A DNA stretch of 35,025 nucleotides, taken from assembly GCA_038851755.1 (NCBI GenBank), contig JAWCKR010000015.1:1-35025 (forward strand), in the 5' to 3' direction. Position numbers and translations under genes: made by a program. This stretch comes from Candidatus Hadarchaeales archaeon. GTDB lineage: Archaea > Hadarchaeota > Hadarchaeia > Hadarchaeales > WYZ-LMO6. Under the pieces are notes generated by a model that saw nothing but the letters and a program-made list of their open reading frames with translations, did not search any database and was not told the origin of the DNA. This document shows positions 24,279 to 32,601 of this stretch, in pieces. Each line of letters opens with the position of its first letter. The stretch's first letter is position 1.

Positions 24279-24689
24279 GTGAGTTACCCCAAGCTGGCAG
24301 CCCTCTCCATCCTTTTGCTCCTCTCCCTTCTCCTCTTTTTCGCCCTTCCTTCCCCTTACCCAAGGGATACAAGGGACTGGAGTGGAGCCTTCCTAGGTCA
24401 TCAGGTCCTGCTGGACCGGAGGATCTGGCCCCTCACCCTGATGGGCAGCAGCATGTATCCCTCCCTGACCGAGAACGACCTCCTCCTGTGCGTGGGGGAG
24501 GATCCTGCGAGCCTCAGGGTGGGGGACATCGTCGTGTACCGGTATGAAGGGACCCTGGTGGCCCACCGGATTGTAAGGTTTTGGGAAAACGGGGTGGTCA
24601 CGAAGGGGGATGCGCCGGAGGCGTGGCAGGAGCACAGGGTGGGGTGGGAGGACATCCTGGGGAGGGTGATGGGCGTCCTCCCAAGGTAA
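24279..24689 (+). CDS. Signal peptidase I, S26 (ER-type/SipW-like Ser-His)
   Basis: GTG 24279 start MSYPKLAALSILLLL (TM); GSSMYPSL (Ser), VGDIVVY, AHRIV (His), TKGD. Confidence 0.88.
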   Translation: MSYPKLAALSILLLLSLLLFFALPSPYPRDTRDWSGAFLGHQVLLDRRIWPLTLMGSSMYPSLTENDLLLCVGEDPASLRVGDIVVYRYEGTLVAHRIVRFWENGVVTKGDAPEAWQEHRVGWEDILGRVMGVLPR

Positions 24690-24711
24690 TAATACCCCCC
24701 TCCGAGAGGGG

Positions 24712-25371
24712 ATGATGGCTGGGGAGCTGAAGTGGGGGATAGACAGGTACTGGCGCCTGAAGAGGAGGCTCAAGCAGCTCTCCCCCCTCCTCCTCGTGGT
24801 CCTCGTCCTCGTACCCCTGCTGCTGCTCCTTCCCCGCTCCTCCTCCCCCCCTCCTCCCACCGACAACTGGCCCAAAGCGGTGGTGAGGGGACCCACCTTC
24901 ACCATAGCGGGGAAGAGATCCACCCAACCCCTCGCCCTCCCCAAGGGGGGGCTCACGGGGATAGAGAACATCTACCTCATGAAGCACGAAGGTTACTCGC
25001 CCCACGAAAACCTGGCCGATAACTCCCTCAGGTGGGTGGGCGTGCTCTCCTACAGCGGGCAAGTATTGACCGTGAGGGCCAACGAGGTTTTCGATCTAGT
25101 GGTGGCCGTGAGGGCTAAGGCCGACAAAGAAAACCTGGCCTACGCCAGCAAGGAGTACGTGAGGGTCTGGCTCGGGACCAGCGGGGCCTTCACCATCCCC
25201 TTCGGCTACGCCCCGGACTGGAGGGAATACGTGTTCTACAGCGAGGGGTACGGGACTGCCGACGGCTACCTGAGGATGAACGTGGTCTGGGACAACGACG
25301 GGGAGGGCTATGTCCTCCTCCCAGGGCAGGAGCTCTGGATAGACAACCTCATCCTAGAGCTCTGGGGGTGA
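24712..25371 (+). CDS. Exported/membrane protein, subunit B, paralog of the 23443-24231 ectodomain
   Basis: TM followed by motifs shared with subunit A: GIENIYLMKH vs GIENIFIMVH, FDLVV vs FDILV, ENLAY vs DNVAY, DNDGEGYVL vs DNGGNGFFL, terminal WG vs WK. Confidence 0.85.
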   Translation: MMAGELKWGIDRYWRLKRRLKQLSPLLLVVLVLVPLLLLLPRSSSPPPPTDNWPKAVVRGPTFTIAGKRSTQPLALPKGGLTGIENIYLMKHEGYSPHENLADNSLRWVGVLSYSGQVLTVRANEVFDLVVAVRAKADKENLAYASKEYVRVWLGTSGAFTIPFGYAPDWREYVFYSEGYGTADGYLRMNVVWDNDGEGYVLLPGQELWIDNLILELWG

Positions 25372-25375
25372 GGGG

Positions 25376-25795
25376 ATGAGGAAAGAGACCGTCCTGAACC
25401 TGTTGCTCCTCCTCCTGCTGGGGGTGGTCACCTTCCTCTCCATCCTCCACCTCTCCAGGCGCTCCCCGGAGCTGGAGAACCGCACGGAGTGGTTCGGAGG
25501 GTACACGGCCTTCCTGGACCGGGAGCTCCACCTGCTCCGGGCGGAGGACTGGGGTATGGGGAGGACGGTGGGGGAGAACGACACGGTGATCTGGGTAAAA
25601 GTGGACCTCTCCGTCCCCAAGGTAGGGGACCTCATCCTCTACCGGGAGCCGGGAACGGGAAGGCTGTTAGTTCACAGGGTGGTGGAGAGAGTGGAAAACT
25701 CCTTCAGGACCAAGGGGGACGCCCTCTCCTCCCCCGACAACTACCTGGTGGAGGAGCTGGAGGGCCTAGTACTAGGGATCATCTACTCTCGATGA
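25376..25795 (+). CDS. S26 signal-peptidase-like protein lacking the catalytic Ser
   Basis: TM, VGDLILY, VHRVV and TKGD are retained, but the GSSMYP box reads DWGMGR. Confidence 0.82.
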   Translation: MRKETVLNLLLLLLLGVVTFLSILHLSRRSPELENRTEWFGGYTAFLDRELHLLRAEDWGMGRTVGENDTVIWVKVDLSVPKVGDLILYREPGTGRLLVHRVVERVENSFRTKGDALSSPDNYLVEELEGLVLGIIYSR

Positions 25796-26019
25796 GGCAT
25801 GTCCCAGGGACTAGAGGTGGAACTGATAGGCGAAAGTGGCCGAGCGAAACAGGATTTTTCTCCTTCTTTCGCGGATAAAAGAACTTAATCCCTGAGCGAC
25901 GAGCCTTCCTGAATCCGCTAGGTTCTGTGAAGGAGCTTGAGGAGTGCTCCCTCTCGAAATTGCGCGAGAAGGACGAGTTTCTTGCGAAACAGCAATTGAC
26001 CCGAAGTTGGGGAGAGATC

Positions 26020-26859
26020 TCAAGCTTTGAACGGAGTTGGGCTTGAGAACCTCTCCAAATCCGCTAAATCGAACAGAGCGCACCCCTCTTCCCTCATTTT
26101 TTCCTTCCCATGAATTTTTCTGGCAATCAGCCCACAGAACTCCTCTCTTTTGTCGTTGAACCACTGAACATGACCAGCTTTTTGCTTGAGTTCCTCGATG
26201 AGGTCTTTCGCTTCTCTTGAGTTCAAATCGCTCCATTTTGCCTCGATGAACAGAACTTTCTTTTCACCCTCGTTCAACGCCACCACGTCAATATCATACA
26301 CATTCTTTCCTCTCTCTACTCCCGAGATTTTGCCCCACTGCCGACCGAATTTCGTGACCTGGAACGGCAGTTCGGGCATCATCTTTGGGAAGCACTCCCT
26401 GCACAGTTCTTCGAAGCGGGTGCCGATGAAGGAGTTCAGCTGAACCTTAACGTTTTTCTCAAGGCTCGGATTCCTCCTTTCGTAAAGGGAATAATTCTTG
26501 TAAAAAAATCTAAACCAGAAGTGCAAGAGCGGGTGGTTTATAAAAAAGAGTCCCTTTTTTCCTCCCTCTTATCAGTGGCCTCTCGAGCCTCAGTATCTCA
26601 AAGTAGTTTAAAAGTTCGTTTATCTGTCTGCTTATGGAGTTTTCTCGACCCTCAGGTAACTGGCTATCTCGGAAATCGAGTTACTGCCGCTCGCGACCGC
26701 CTCCAAGATGGAGTAGTACAGCCCGAATCTCCTACCGAACTCCTGGGAGAGGATTACCTGGACCTCATCCTCCAGTACGGCATCTTTCTGGAAGAAGAAA
26801 ACTTGCGGAGACCGACTCTGCACGTGGGGCCTCGAAAAGATGAGTGGAGAGGATGCCAT
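26020..26859 (-). pseudogene. Fragmented archaeal ATPase (COG1672) with DUF234 PD-(D/E)xK domain
   Basis: Two pieces: YYSILEAVASGSNSISEIA* and FWFRF...FEELCRE...QWG...DIDVVA...FIEAKW. The N-terminal ATPase domain is absent and stops lie between the pieces. Confidence 0.8.
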
Positions 26860-26862
26860 TCT

Positions 26863-28179
26863 CTATTGGATTGGAAGATGGTCAGGGGGGTTTTCTCCGG
26901 GGATTTTTGCAAAATTTTGACTTCCCTTCAACAACCATTTCCAGAGGGGTAAGAAATTTATTTTTTTGCCATCGACCCCCCATTCGTCCTCGTAATCCCA
27001 AGTTATCACCAACAAATCCTTGCATTTCAGTTCATCGCTGGCTTTTACCAAGGCTTCTGTTTCCCTTTTCTCTATCTCGTCCCTGCCAGAAGCATAGGTT
27101 GTCTGGACCAGTTGTTTCACGCTCATCCCATCTTTAATAACAAAGTCCACCTCCCTCTGTTGGTGGTCCTTCCAATAAAAAATTTCCCAAGGGTTCTCTG
27201 TAAAGGATTTCCGCCTCGACAACTCCACAAAAACCAAGTTTTCCATCAACTTTCCCTTGTCTTCGGAAAAACGAGAAGCCATCACGTCTAGGATTCCTGT
27301 GTCAACGCAGTAAACCTTCTTCGGTGCTATCATCTGCTGCTTCAATTTAAACGAGAATCGCTCCACAGTGAAGATCAAGTATGCAGTGGTCAGATAATCC
27401 ACATAGTTTTTTACGGTGTGGAGGTTCTTTATACCAAACAGATTTTTAAGCTTTGAGAAAGTCACCTCCCTTGAAAAGTTTGAAATCAGGTACCTCGCCA
27501 TATCTTTGAAGTCTCTCTCTTTTCTCACACCATGCCTCAGGAGTATGTCCTTAGTGATTATATCCTCGTAAATTCTGCTGATGGCGATTCTCCCAAATTT
27601 GCAAACCTCTGGAAACCCCCCGGCGCGCATGTATTCGTGAAGGGCGCTCTTTATCTCGGCCATTTTTTTGGTGGAATAGGAGTCCTCCCGACCGACCTCG
27701 ATTCCCTTCACGCGCAAAAACTCTTCGAAGGAGAACGGGTGGAGGGTGAAGTCCACGTACCTCCCCGTCAGGTGGGTCGCTAGCTCCCCAGAAAGGAGCT
27801 TGGCATTGCTCCCCGTTATAACCACCTTCTTCGTCCTTCTTAACCTGCTGGCGAAGAGTTCCCACTTCGACACGTTTTGGATCTCATCCAAGATAAGGTA
27901 GTCCAGCTCCTTTTCAAGCTCGTAGAATGCCTGCAGGACGCGATCCAAGTCATCCGTGCTCAGGTTGGCCAGCCTCTCATCGTCGAAGTTTATGTAGCCG
28001 TATCGTTTTCCTTTCAGGAGAAGGTGAGAAAAGATGGACTTGCCACATCTCCTGACCCCCAGGATGGCCAAGATGTTGGGATGAGACAGGACTTTCAGCA
28101 GTTTTTCAGTTGGTGCGATTCTCTCAACTATCCTCTCCCTCTGGAAAATCTCCTCCAGCTCTTCCCTCTGATCCGCCAC
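26863..28179 (-). CDS. AAA+ ATPase, COG1373 family (AAA_14 + DUF4143)
   Basis: GVRRCGKS, ILDEIQ, TGSNA, GGFPE, KKVYCVDTG, MENLV, EVDFV. Lower GC than flanks. Confidence 0.92.
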   Translation of the reverse strand: MADQREELEEIFQRERIVERIAPTEKLLKVLSHPNILAILGVRRCGKSIFSHLLLKGKRYGYINFDDERLANLSTDDLDRVLQAFYELEKELDYLILDEIQNVSKWELFASRLRRTKKVVITGSNAKLLSGELATHLTGRYVDFTLHPFSFEEFLRVKGIEVGREDSYSTKKMAEIKSALHEYMRAGGFPEVCKFGRIAISRIYEDIITKDILLRHGVRKERDFKDMARYLISNFSREVTFSKLKNLFGIKNLHTVKNYVDYLTTAYLIFTVERFSFKLKQQMIAPKKVYCVDTGILDVMASRFSEDKGKLMENLVFVELSRRKSFTENPWEIFYWKDHQQREVDFVIKDGMSVKQLVQTTYASGRDEIEKRETEALVKASDELKCKDLLVITWDYEDEWGVDGKKINFLPLWKWLLKGSQNFAKIPGENPPDHLPIQ

Positions 28180-28216
28180 GACCCTTTTTATCTCCTCAAC
28201 GTTCGTAACTCTCAGT

Positions 28217-28262
28217 TTATTTTTGACAAGTTTTTATTTAAAGTTTGTCATTATTGTTGACA
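28217..28262 (-). promoter_or_regulatory. Operator-like sites flanking a TATA box
   Basis: TGTCA-N7-TGACA at 28246-28262; TTATT[TG]TTGACA repeated at 28217 and 28251; TTTAAATA (minus strand) at 28235-28242. Confidence 0.65.
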
Positions 28263-28289
28263 TACTATAAAAGGCGAGAGATGTGGGGC

Positions 28290-28478
28290 ACCTCTCCCTC
28301 CCGAAGGTGGGCGACCTCATCTTCTACCGGGAACCAACCTCCGGGAGGCTGGCTCACAGGGTGGTGGAGGTGCTGGGAGTTTCCTTCAGGACCAAGGGAG
28401 ACTCCCCTCCCCTCTCCCGATAACTACCTGGTGGAGGAGCTGGAGGGCCTGGTGCTAGGGATCATCTACTCTCGATAA
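28290..28478 (+). pseudogene. Frameshifted 3' duplicate of the S26-like gene
   Basis: LSLPKVGDLIFYREPTSGRLAHRVV...TKGD, then a frameshift, then SPDNYLVEELEGLVLGIIYSR*. Homologous to 25605-25795. Confidence 0.85.
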
Positions 28479-28507
28479 GGACTTTTTCCCCAAAAAGCCG
28501 AAAGAGA

Positions 28508-28888
28508 ATGATGGTAGAAGTGGAACTCTGGAAGATTTTCAGGCGGTGGGTGGAGAGGCCCGAAGCCTCCCTGCTCCTCTCCTCCTTCCTAATCCTCCTC
28601 CTCGGGGGTTACCTGCTGGACGCCACCCTCATCGTTATGGCCTTCCTCATGTGGCTCAGCCTGGCCGTGGCCCTCGACCTGATCTCCTCCGACCTCCCCC
28701 CCAGGCTCCTCCCTCCCCTGCCCGTTTCCTTCCTCTTCGGCCTCCTCTTCGTGGTGGGGGCCCTGCGCTCCCTCTCACGGGGCATCTTCGCCTGGCAGGT
28801 CTGGGTGCTCCTGGCGGCTGGCCTCCTCTCCCTCCGCTCCTCCCAGAGGTGGATGGGGAGGAGGAAGCGGAGGAAGGAGAAGGCCTAG
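28508..28888 (+). CDS. Small multi-pass membrane protein, unknown function
   Basis: About four hydrophobic helices, a basic C-terminus and host-like codon use. Confidence 0.75.
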   Translation: MMVEVELWKIFRRWVERPEASLLLSSFLILLLGGYLLDATLIVMAFLMWLSLAVALDLISSDLPPRLLPPLPVSFLFGLLFVVGALRSLSRGIFAWQVWVLLAAGLLSLRSSQRWMGRRKRRKEKA

Positions 28889-29583
28889 CGGAAACGAACG
28901 CGGTACGGATGGGGCCGGCGGGTGGGCCTCCCCACCAGCACGGCCGAGAAGATCACGGCCCCGTAGAGGAAGCCCAGCACATGGGCCAGAACGTTGGCCG
29001 AGGGGGAAACACTGAAGAAGGAGGAGGGGTGGAGGAGGAGCTCCCAGGAGAAGACCAGCAGAACGGCGGCGGAAGGGGAAGCGGCGAGCAGGAGGGGGAA
29101 CCTGAAGGAAGAATGCCGGAGGGAGAGGCTGGAGAAGAGGAAGAGGTTGTAGATGGAGGATACCATTACCATCCCCATCACGGCGTACACCATGCCCGAA
29201 GAGCCACAGGAGGAGGAGGGGGAGCCCGAGAACCTGCGGGAGAGGAAGTCCACCACGTTCACCCCCGCCCCCGCCAGAAAGAGGGAGAGGGCGAAGGCCA
29301 GGCTCAGGTCCTCCCTGGCCTCCACTCTGCGCGGGAGGTGGAGGAGGACGAAAAGGAGGGAGAAGAGCGAGAGGGAGAAAAGGTTGGAGAGGAGGTGGTC
29401 CGCGTCGGCGTGGGTGAAGAGGGCGGTGAGGATGCCCCAGGGATGGGAGCGGGAGAGGGAGAAGAAAGGAAGGAGGGAGGAAAAGAGGGAGGTCCAGGCG
29501 AAGGAGAGGAAACTGAGGACGATCACCACTAGGACAGCCTTCCCTACCCCTCCGAAGCCCACCAGCAGGCCCCTGAATCTCAT
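28885..29583 (-). CDS. Rhomboid-family intramembrane serine protease
   Basis: WGILTALFTHADADHLLSN, GSSG catalytic motif, AHVLG. CTTATAAG at 29607-29614 upstream. Confidence 0.9.
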   Translation of the reverse strand: MRFRGLLVGFGGVGKAVLVVIVLSFLSFAWTSLFSSLLPFFSLSRSHPWGILTALFTHADADHLLSNLFSLSLFSLLFVLLHLPRRVEAREDLSLAFALSLFLAGAGVNVVDFLSRRFSGSPSSSCGSSGMVYAVMGMVMVSSIYNLFLFSSLSLRHSSFRFPLLLAASPSAAVLLVFSWELLLHPSSFFSVSPSANVLAHVLGFLYGAVIFSAVLVGRPTRRPHPYRVRFR

Positions 29584-29980
29584 TCCTCCCCCTTTCTCCC
29601 GAAGGGCTTATAAGTGGGGTGCGAGCATGCCCCGGGGAAACAGGGAGACCCTCGCGGAAGAAGGAACCCTTTTTATCGGGAAAATGGGTGAAAACATTCC
29701 GCCCCTGAATCTCCGAACCGGGAAAACTTCCCTCCTGACGCCTCTCAGGCTGGAGCACCCTTTGTTTGGATTTCCGAATCCTGAAGTCTCGATCCTGAAG
29801 GAGTCCGTGGAAACCTTCATGAATAACAAGCGATGGGAAGACGGCGGGGGATGGGGGTGAAGTTTGAAAATTGCCCCCGATTAGGCTGAACGGGCTTTTT
29901 CACTGCTCTCCAATCAGCTTAACCCGACTCGGTCGAAAAGCTAAATACGCACCTTTTCTAACAAAATCCGGCTGACTTCT

Positions 29981-31078
29981 TCACACAACCTTGGTCAGCT
30001 TTATCCATTCTCTGAAAATAAAGTCTTCTATGCGATTCTGACAAATCAGTCCCTTTTCCTGCAGGGCGTCCATCGCTTTTCTCAGATGCGCCGCTGTCTT
30101 GAGCTCGTATTTTTCTATCAACTCCATGTTTGGGGCAAAGCTCCTGTCTTCCACAGCCATCGCAACCAGAACCTTCCTCTGGTATTCGCTCTTTATGCTC
30201 CTCCATATCAGGTCGTATCCCGAACTGAAGGAGGAGATTATCTTTCCCATTGCTTTTCTTGCAGTTTCGATGTCAACGTTCCCACCGATGTTCCACGCTT
30301 CATGACACAGTGCCTGCACGTAAAACGGTATTCCTTCGCTGAAATCGATGATGAAGTTCACCGCTTTCTCTTCTATCTTTTTGCCGGTCTCTCTGAATTT
30401 CTCTACCACAAACTTCTCAAGTTCTTTTCTTTCTATCGGCCCCAATTTCACCATCTTTCCAAACCTGTAGAAGGGTCTTTCCTTGTTTTCGAAGATCAGC
30501 GAAATCAGATGCCTTTCGCTCCCTGAAAACAGATAAGTTACATTTCTGTGTTTCTCCATCGTTGCCCTCATCACCCTTTCCATTTCAATTCCATCCAGTC
30601 TTTCTATTTCCTGGAACTCGTCAAATGCAACTATGAGCTTCCTTTTCTTTCCTATCCTCTCTGGAAACTCTAAAGCATCTTCTAAAAGTTCTTTCCTCTC
30701 TCTGAAAATTGGCTCCACCCCTATTCTTCCCTCTGCATCTACAAAAGCTCTCACGCTTATGCGGGAGAAGAATTCCTTCGTCTCCCTAGCAAGTTTTTCT
30801 AGGGAGGTATAGGATTTTCTTACAATCTCATTTATCATCGATCTTGCCAGTCCTTCCTTTGTGGTCGCATTCTGAACGTTTATCCTCACGCACACCGCAT
30901 TGTTCCCTATTCTTCTGAAGGTCTCTTCTATGAGCGATGACTTCCCCATTTTTCTTGGAGAGTAGAGGACCACATGCTGTCCGGAGAGCAAATCCGATTT
31001 TAGCTCCCTTATTTCACCTTCCCTATCTACAAAGTGTTTCCCCGTCACGATTGTCCCATATATAAAGGGATTTTCCAT
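29981..31078 (-). CDS. Archaeal ATPase, COG1672 (ATPase_2-like) with C-terminal wHTH
   Basis: MENPFIYG...FVDREGEI, SPRKMGKSS, FDEFQ, FSGS, GIPFYVQ. Markedly low GC. Confidence 0.9.
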   Translation of the reverse strand: MENPFIYGTIVTGKHFVDREGEIRELKSDLLSGQHVVLYSPRKMGKSSLIEETFRRIGNNAVCVRINVQNATTKEGLARSMINEIVRKSYTSLEKLARETKEFFSRISVRAFVDAEGRIGVEPIFRERKELLEDALEFPERIGKKRKLIVAFDEFQEIERLDGIEMERVMRATMEKHRNVTYLFSGSERHLISLIFENKERPFYRFGKMVKLGPIERKELEKFVVEKFRETGKKIEEKAVNFIIDFSEGIPFYVQALCHEAWNIGGNVDIETARKAMGKIISSFSSGYDLIWRSIKSEYQRKVLVAMAVEDRSFAPNMELIEKYELKTAAHLRKAMDALQEKGLICQNRIEDFIFREWIKLTKVV

Positions 31079-31110
31079 AACTCCCACAAAAACAGGACAC
31101 GATTTCCCTT

Positions 31111-31156
31111 TTATAACCTTTTGGTTATAACCAAATGGTTATAACTTTTTGGTTTC
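31111..31156. promoter_or_regulatory. Three overlapping ATAACC-N4-GGTTAT palindromes (14-bp period)
   Basis: 31113-31128, 31127-31142 and a degenerate copy at 31141-31156, over the TATA region of the 29981-31078 gene. Confidence 0.8.
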
Positions 31157-31310
31157 AACAAGAAAGCGGATAAGGGTGGAATCGTTTCGGTGAAGGTATC
31201 AACGGTATCGCATCCTTGAAGTATGCTCGACCGGCGACCCTTCGGTGCGCTTATCAGAGTATCCCCCGACCGCTTCCGACCTCCAAACCTGCTGGACGGT
31301 GGGCTACTCC

Positions 31311-32543
31311 TCAAGTGGAAGGAGAAGTACTTCCTCCCCGGTTCCGCGCCCGCCCAAGCCCCGGGGAGCCCCTGAGCACCTCCCCCAGCCTCAGCTCCAC
31401 CTCCTTCTCCAGCTCGGCGGCGGGGGCCACCTCCAGCCCTATCCGCTGGGTCTGTCCCCTGGGATAGAGGGTGGCGGGCTGGACTTCCAGGATCCCCAGG
31501 GCTTCCAACCTGCGCAGGTGCCCGAGCATGGTGGAGTGGTGCCTGGGCCTCTCCCCGTGCTCCTCGCACACCACCTCGTACGCCCTTCTGAGCTCCCCCG
31601 TGGTCAGCTCCTTGGCCTTCTTGAGCCTCCTCACCGCCGCCAGGAGGAGGAGGAGCTCGTGGAGGGAGAGTTCGAGGAGGACCTCCCTCCTCAGCTCGGG
31701 GTAGAGGGAGGCTCTGGCTGCCCTCACGTGCTCGGGCAGGACCGTCCTGTTCCCCTGACCGTCCGCCAGCACCCCGGCCCTCAGGAGGAGCTCTATCCCC
31801 ATCCTGGCGTCCCCCGTCCTGGAGGCCATCTCCGCCGCCAGCTCCAGGCTCTCCTCCGGGAGGGCCCCCCTGCGGAAGGCCTCCTCCCTCCTGGCCCTCA
31901 GGATCTCCACCAGCTGCTCCTTCGTGTAGGGGGGGAGCTCCAGGTGGTGGCCCAGGAAGGTGGCCCTGGTAGGCTCGTCCAGCTCCCCCAGGAACCTCTG
32001 GTCCCTGGAGATGGAGAGGAGGCTTATCCCGGAGGTGGTCTCCCCCACCCTGCTGAGGGAGTAGAGGAGGTCGGGACCGTGCCTCTCGATCAGGTAATCC
32101 ACCTCATCCAGGATGAGGAGCAGGGAGAGGGAGTGATGCTTCAGGTACTCCACGAGCATGGAGAGGAGTTCCCCCTTTCCCACCCCCCTCTCAGGCCATC
32201 CCGGGGAGAACCTCCTCACCGCCTCCAGCAGCAGGGAGTAGGGCGTCCTCCCCCTGCAGTTCAGGTAGAGGTGGGAGAGCCTCACTCCCCTCCTCCCGCC
32301 CTCCCTCTCCGCCTCCATCCCGAACCTGCGGGAGAGGGCGGTCTTCCCCACCCCCACCCTCCCCGTGACCAGCACCCTGCAGGGGATTCCCCCCTCCAGC
32401 AGGGGACGGAAGAGCGAGACCAGCCTCCTGGACTCCTCCTCCCTCCCCACCAGCTTCTCTGGCAGGTACTCGGGTGAGAGCTTTGCAGGGTCCTTGAAGA
32501 CCGAGTCCCTTCCCAGCTCCTTTCTGAAAATCTCCTCAAACAT
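31311..32543 (-). CDS. cdc6: Orc1/Cdc6 replication initiator family protein
   Basis: SVFKDPAKLSPEYLPEKLVGRE, GRVGVGKT, YLNC, LDEVD, PPYTKEQL, GDAR, C-terminal winged helix. Confidence 0.93.
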   Translation of the reverse strand: MFEEIFRKELGRDSVFKDPAKLSPEYLPEKLVGREEESRRLVSLFRPLLEGGIPCRVLVTGRVGVGKTALSRRFGMEAEREGGRRGVRLSHLYLNCRGRTPYSLLLEAVRRFSPGWPERGVGKGELLSMLVEYLKHHSLSLLLILDEVDYLIERHGPDLLYSLSRVGETTSGISLLSISRDQRFLGELDEPTRATFLGHHLELPPYTKEQLVEILRARREEAFRRGALPEESLELAAEMASRTGDARMGIELLLRAGVLADGQGNRTVLPEHVRAARASLYPELRREVLLELSLHELLLLLAAVRRLKKAKELTTGELRRAYEVVCEEHGERPRHHSTMLGHLRRLEALGILEVQPATLYPRGQTQRIGLEVAPAAELEKEVELRLGEVLRGSPGLGRARNRGGSTSPST

Positions 32544-32577
32544 CTCCTCCCTTTCTCCGTTGAAAGAAAAGGATAAC

Positions 32578-32601
32578 CGATATGTTTAATTAAGCATATC
32601 G
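32578..32601. promoter_or_regulatory. Putative ModE-type operator
   Basis: 24-bp palindrome CGATATG-N10-CATATCG abutting the tupA ATG. A ModE-like gene ends the operon. Confidence 0.72.

Noticed and set aside
25811-26236. ORF 25811-26236 and scattered GCGAAA/TTTCGC hexamers
   Set aside because: The ORF is out of frame with the DUF234 fragment, and the hexamers do not form the N6-spaced palindrome.
29608-29860. Short ORFs between the rhomboid and the ATPase
   Set aside because: No motif or SD support; cannot be distinguished from intergenic DNA.
31160-31310. Possible methyltransferase relic (LEVGSGRG) on the minus strand
   Set aside because: One short motif followed by stops; could be chance.
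32553-32572. TCTCCGTTGAAAGAAAAGG as an ORB element or origin beside cdc6
   Set aside because: Single copy, off-consensus spacing, no G-string and no sizeable AT-rich unwinding region.
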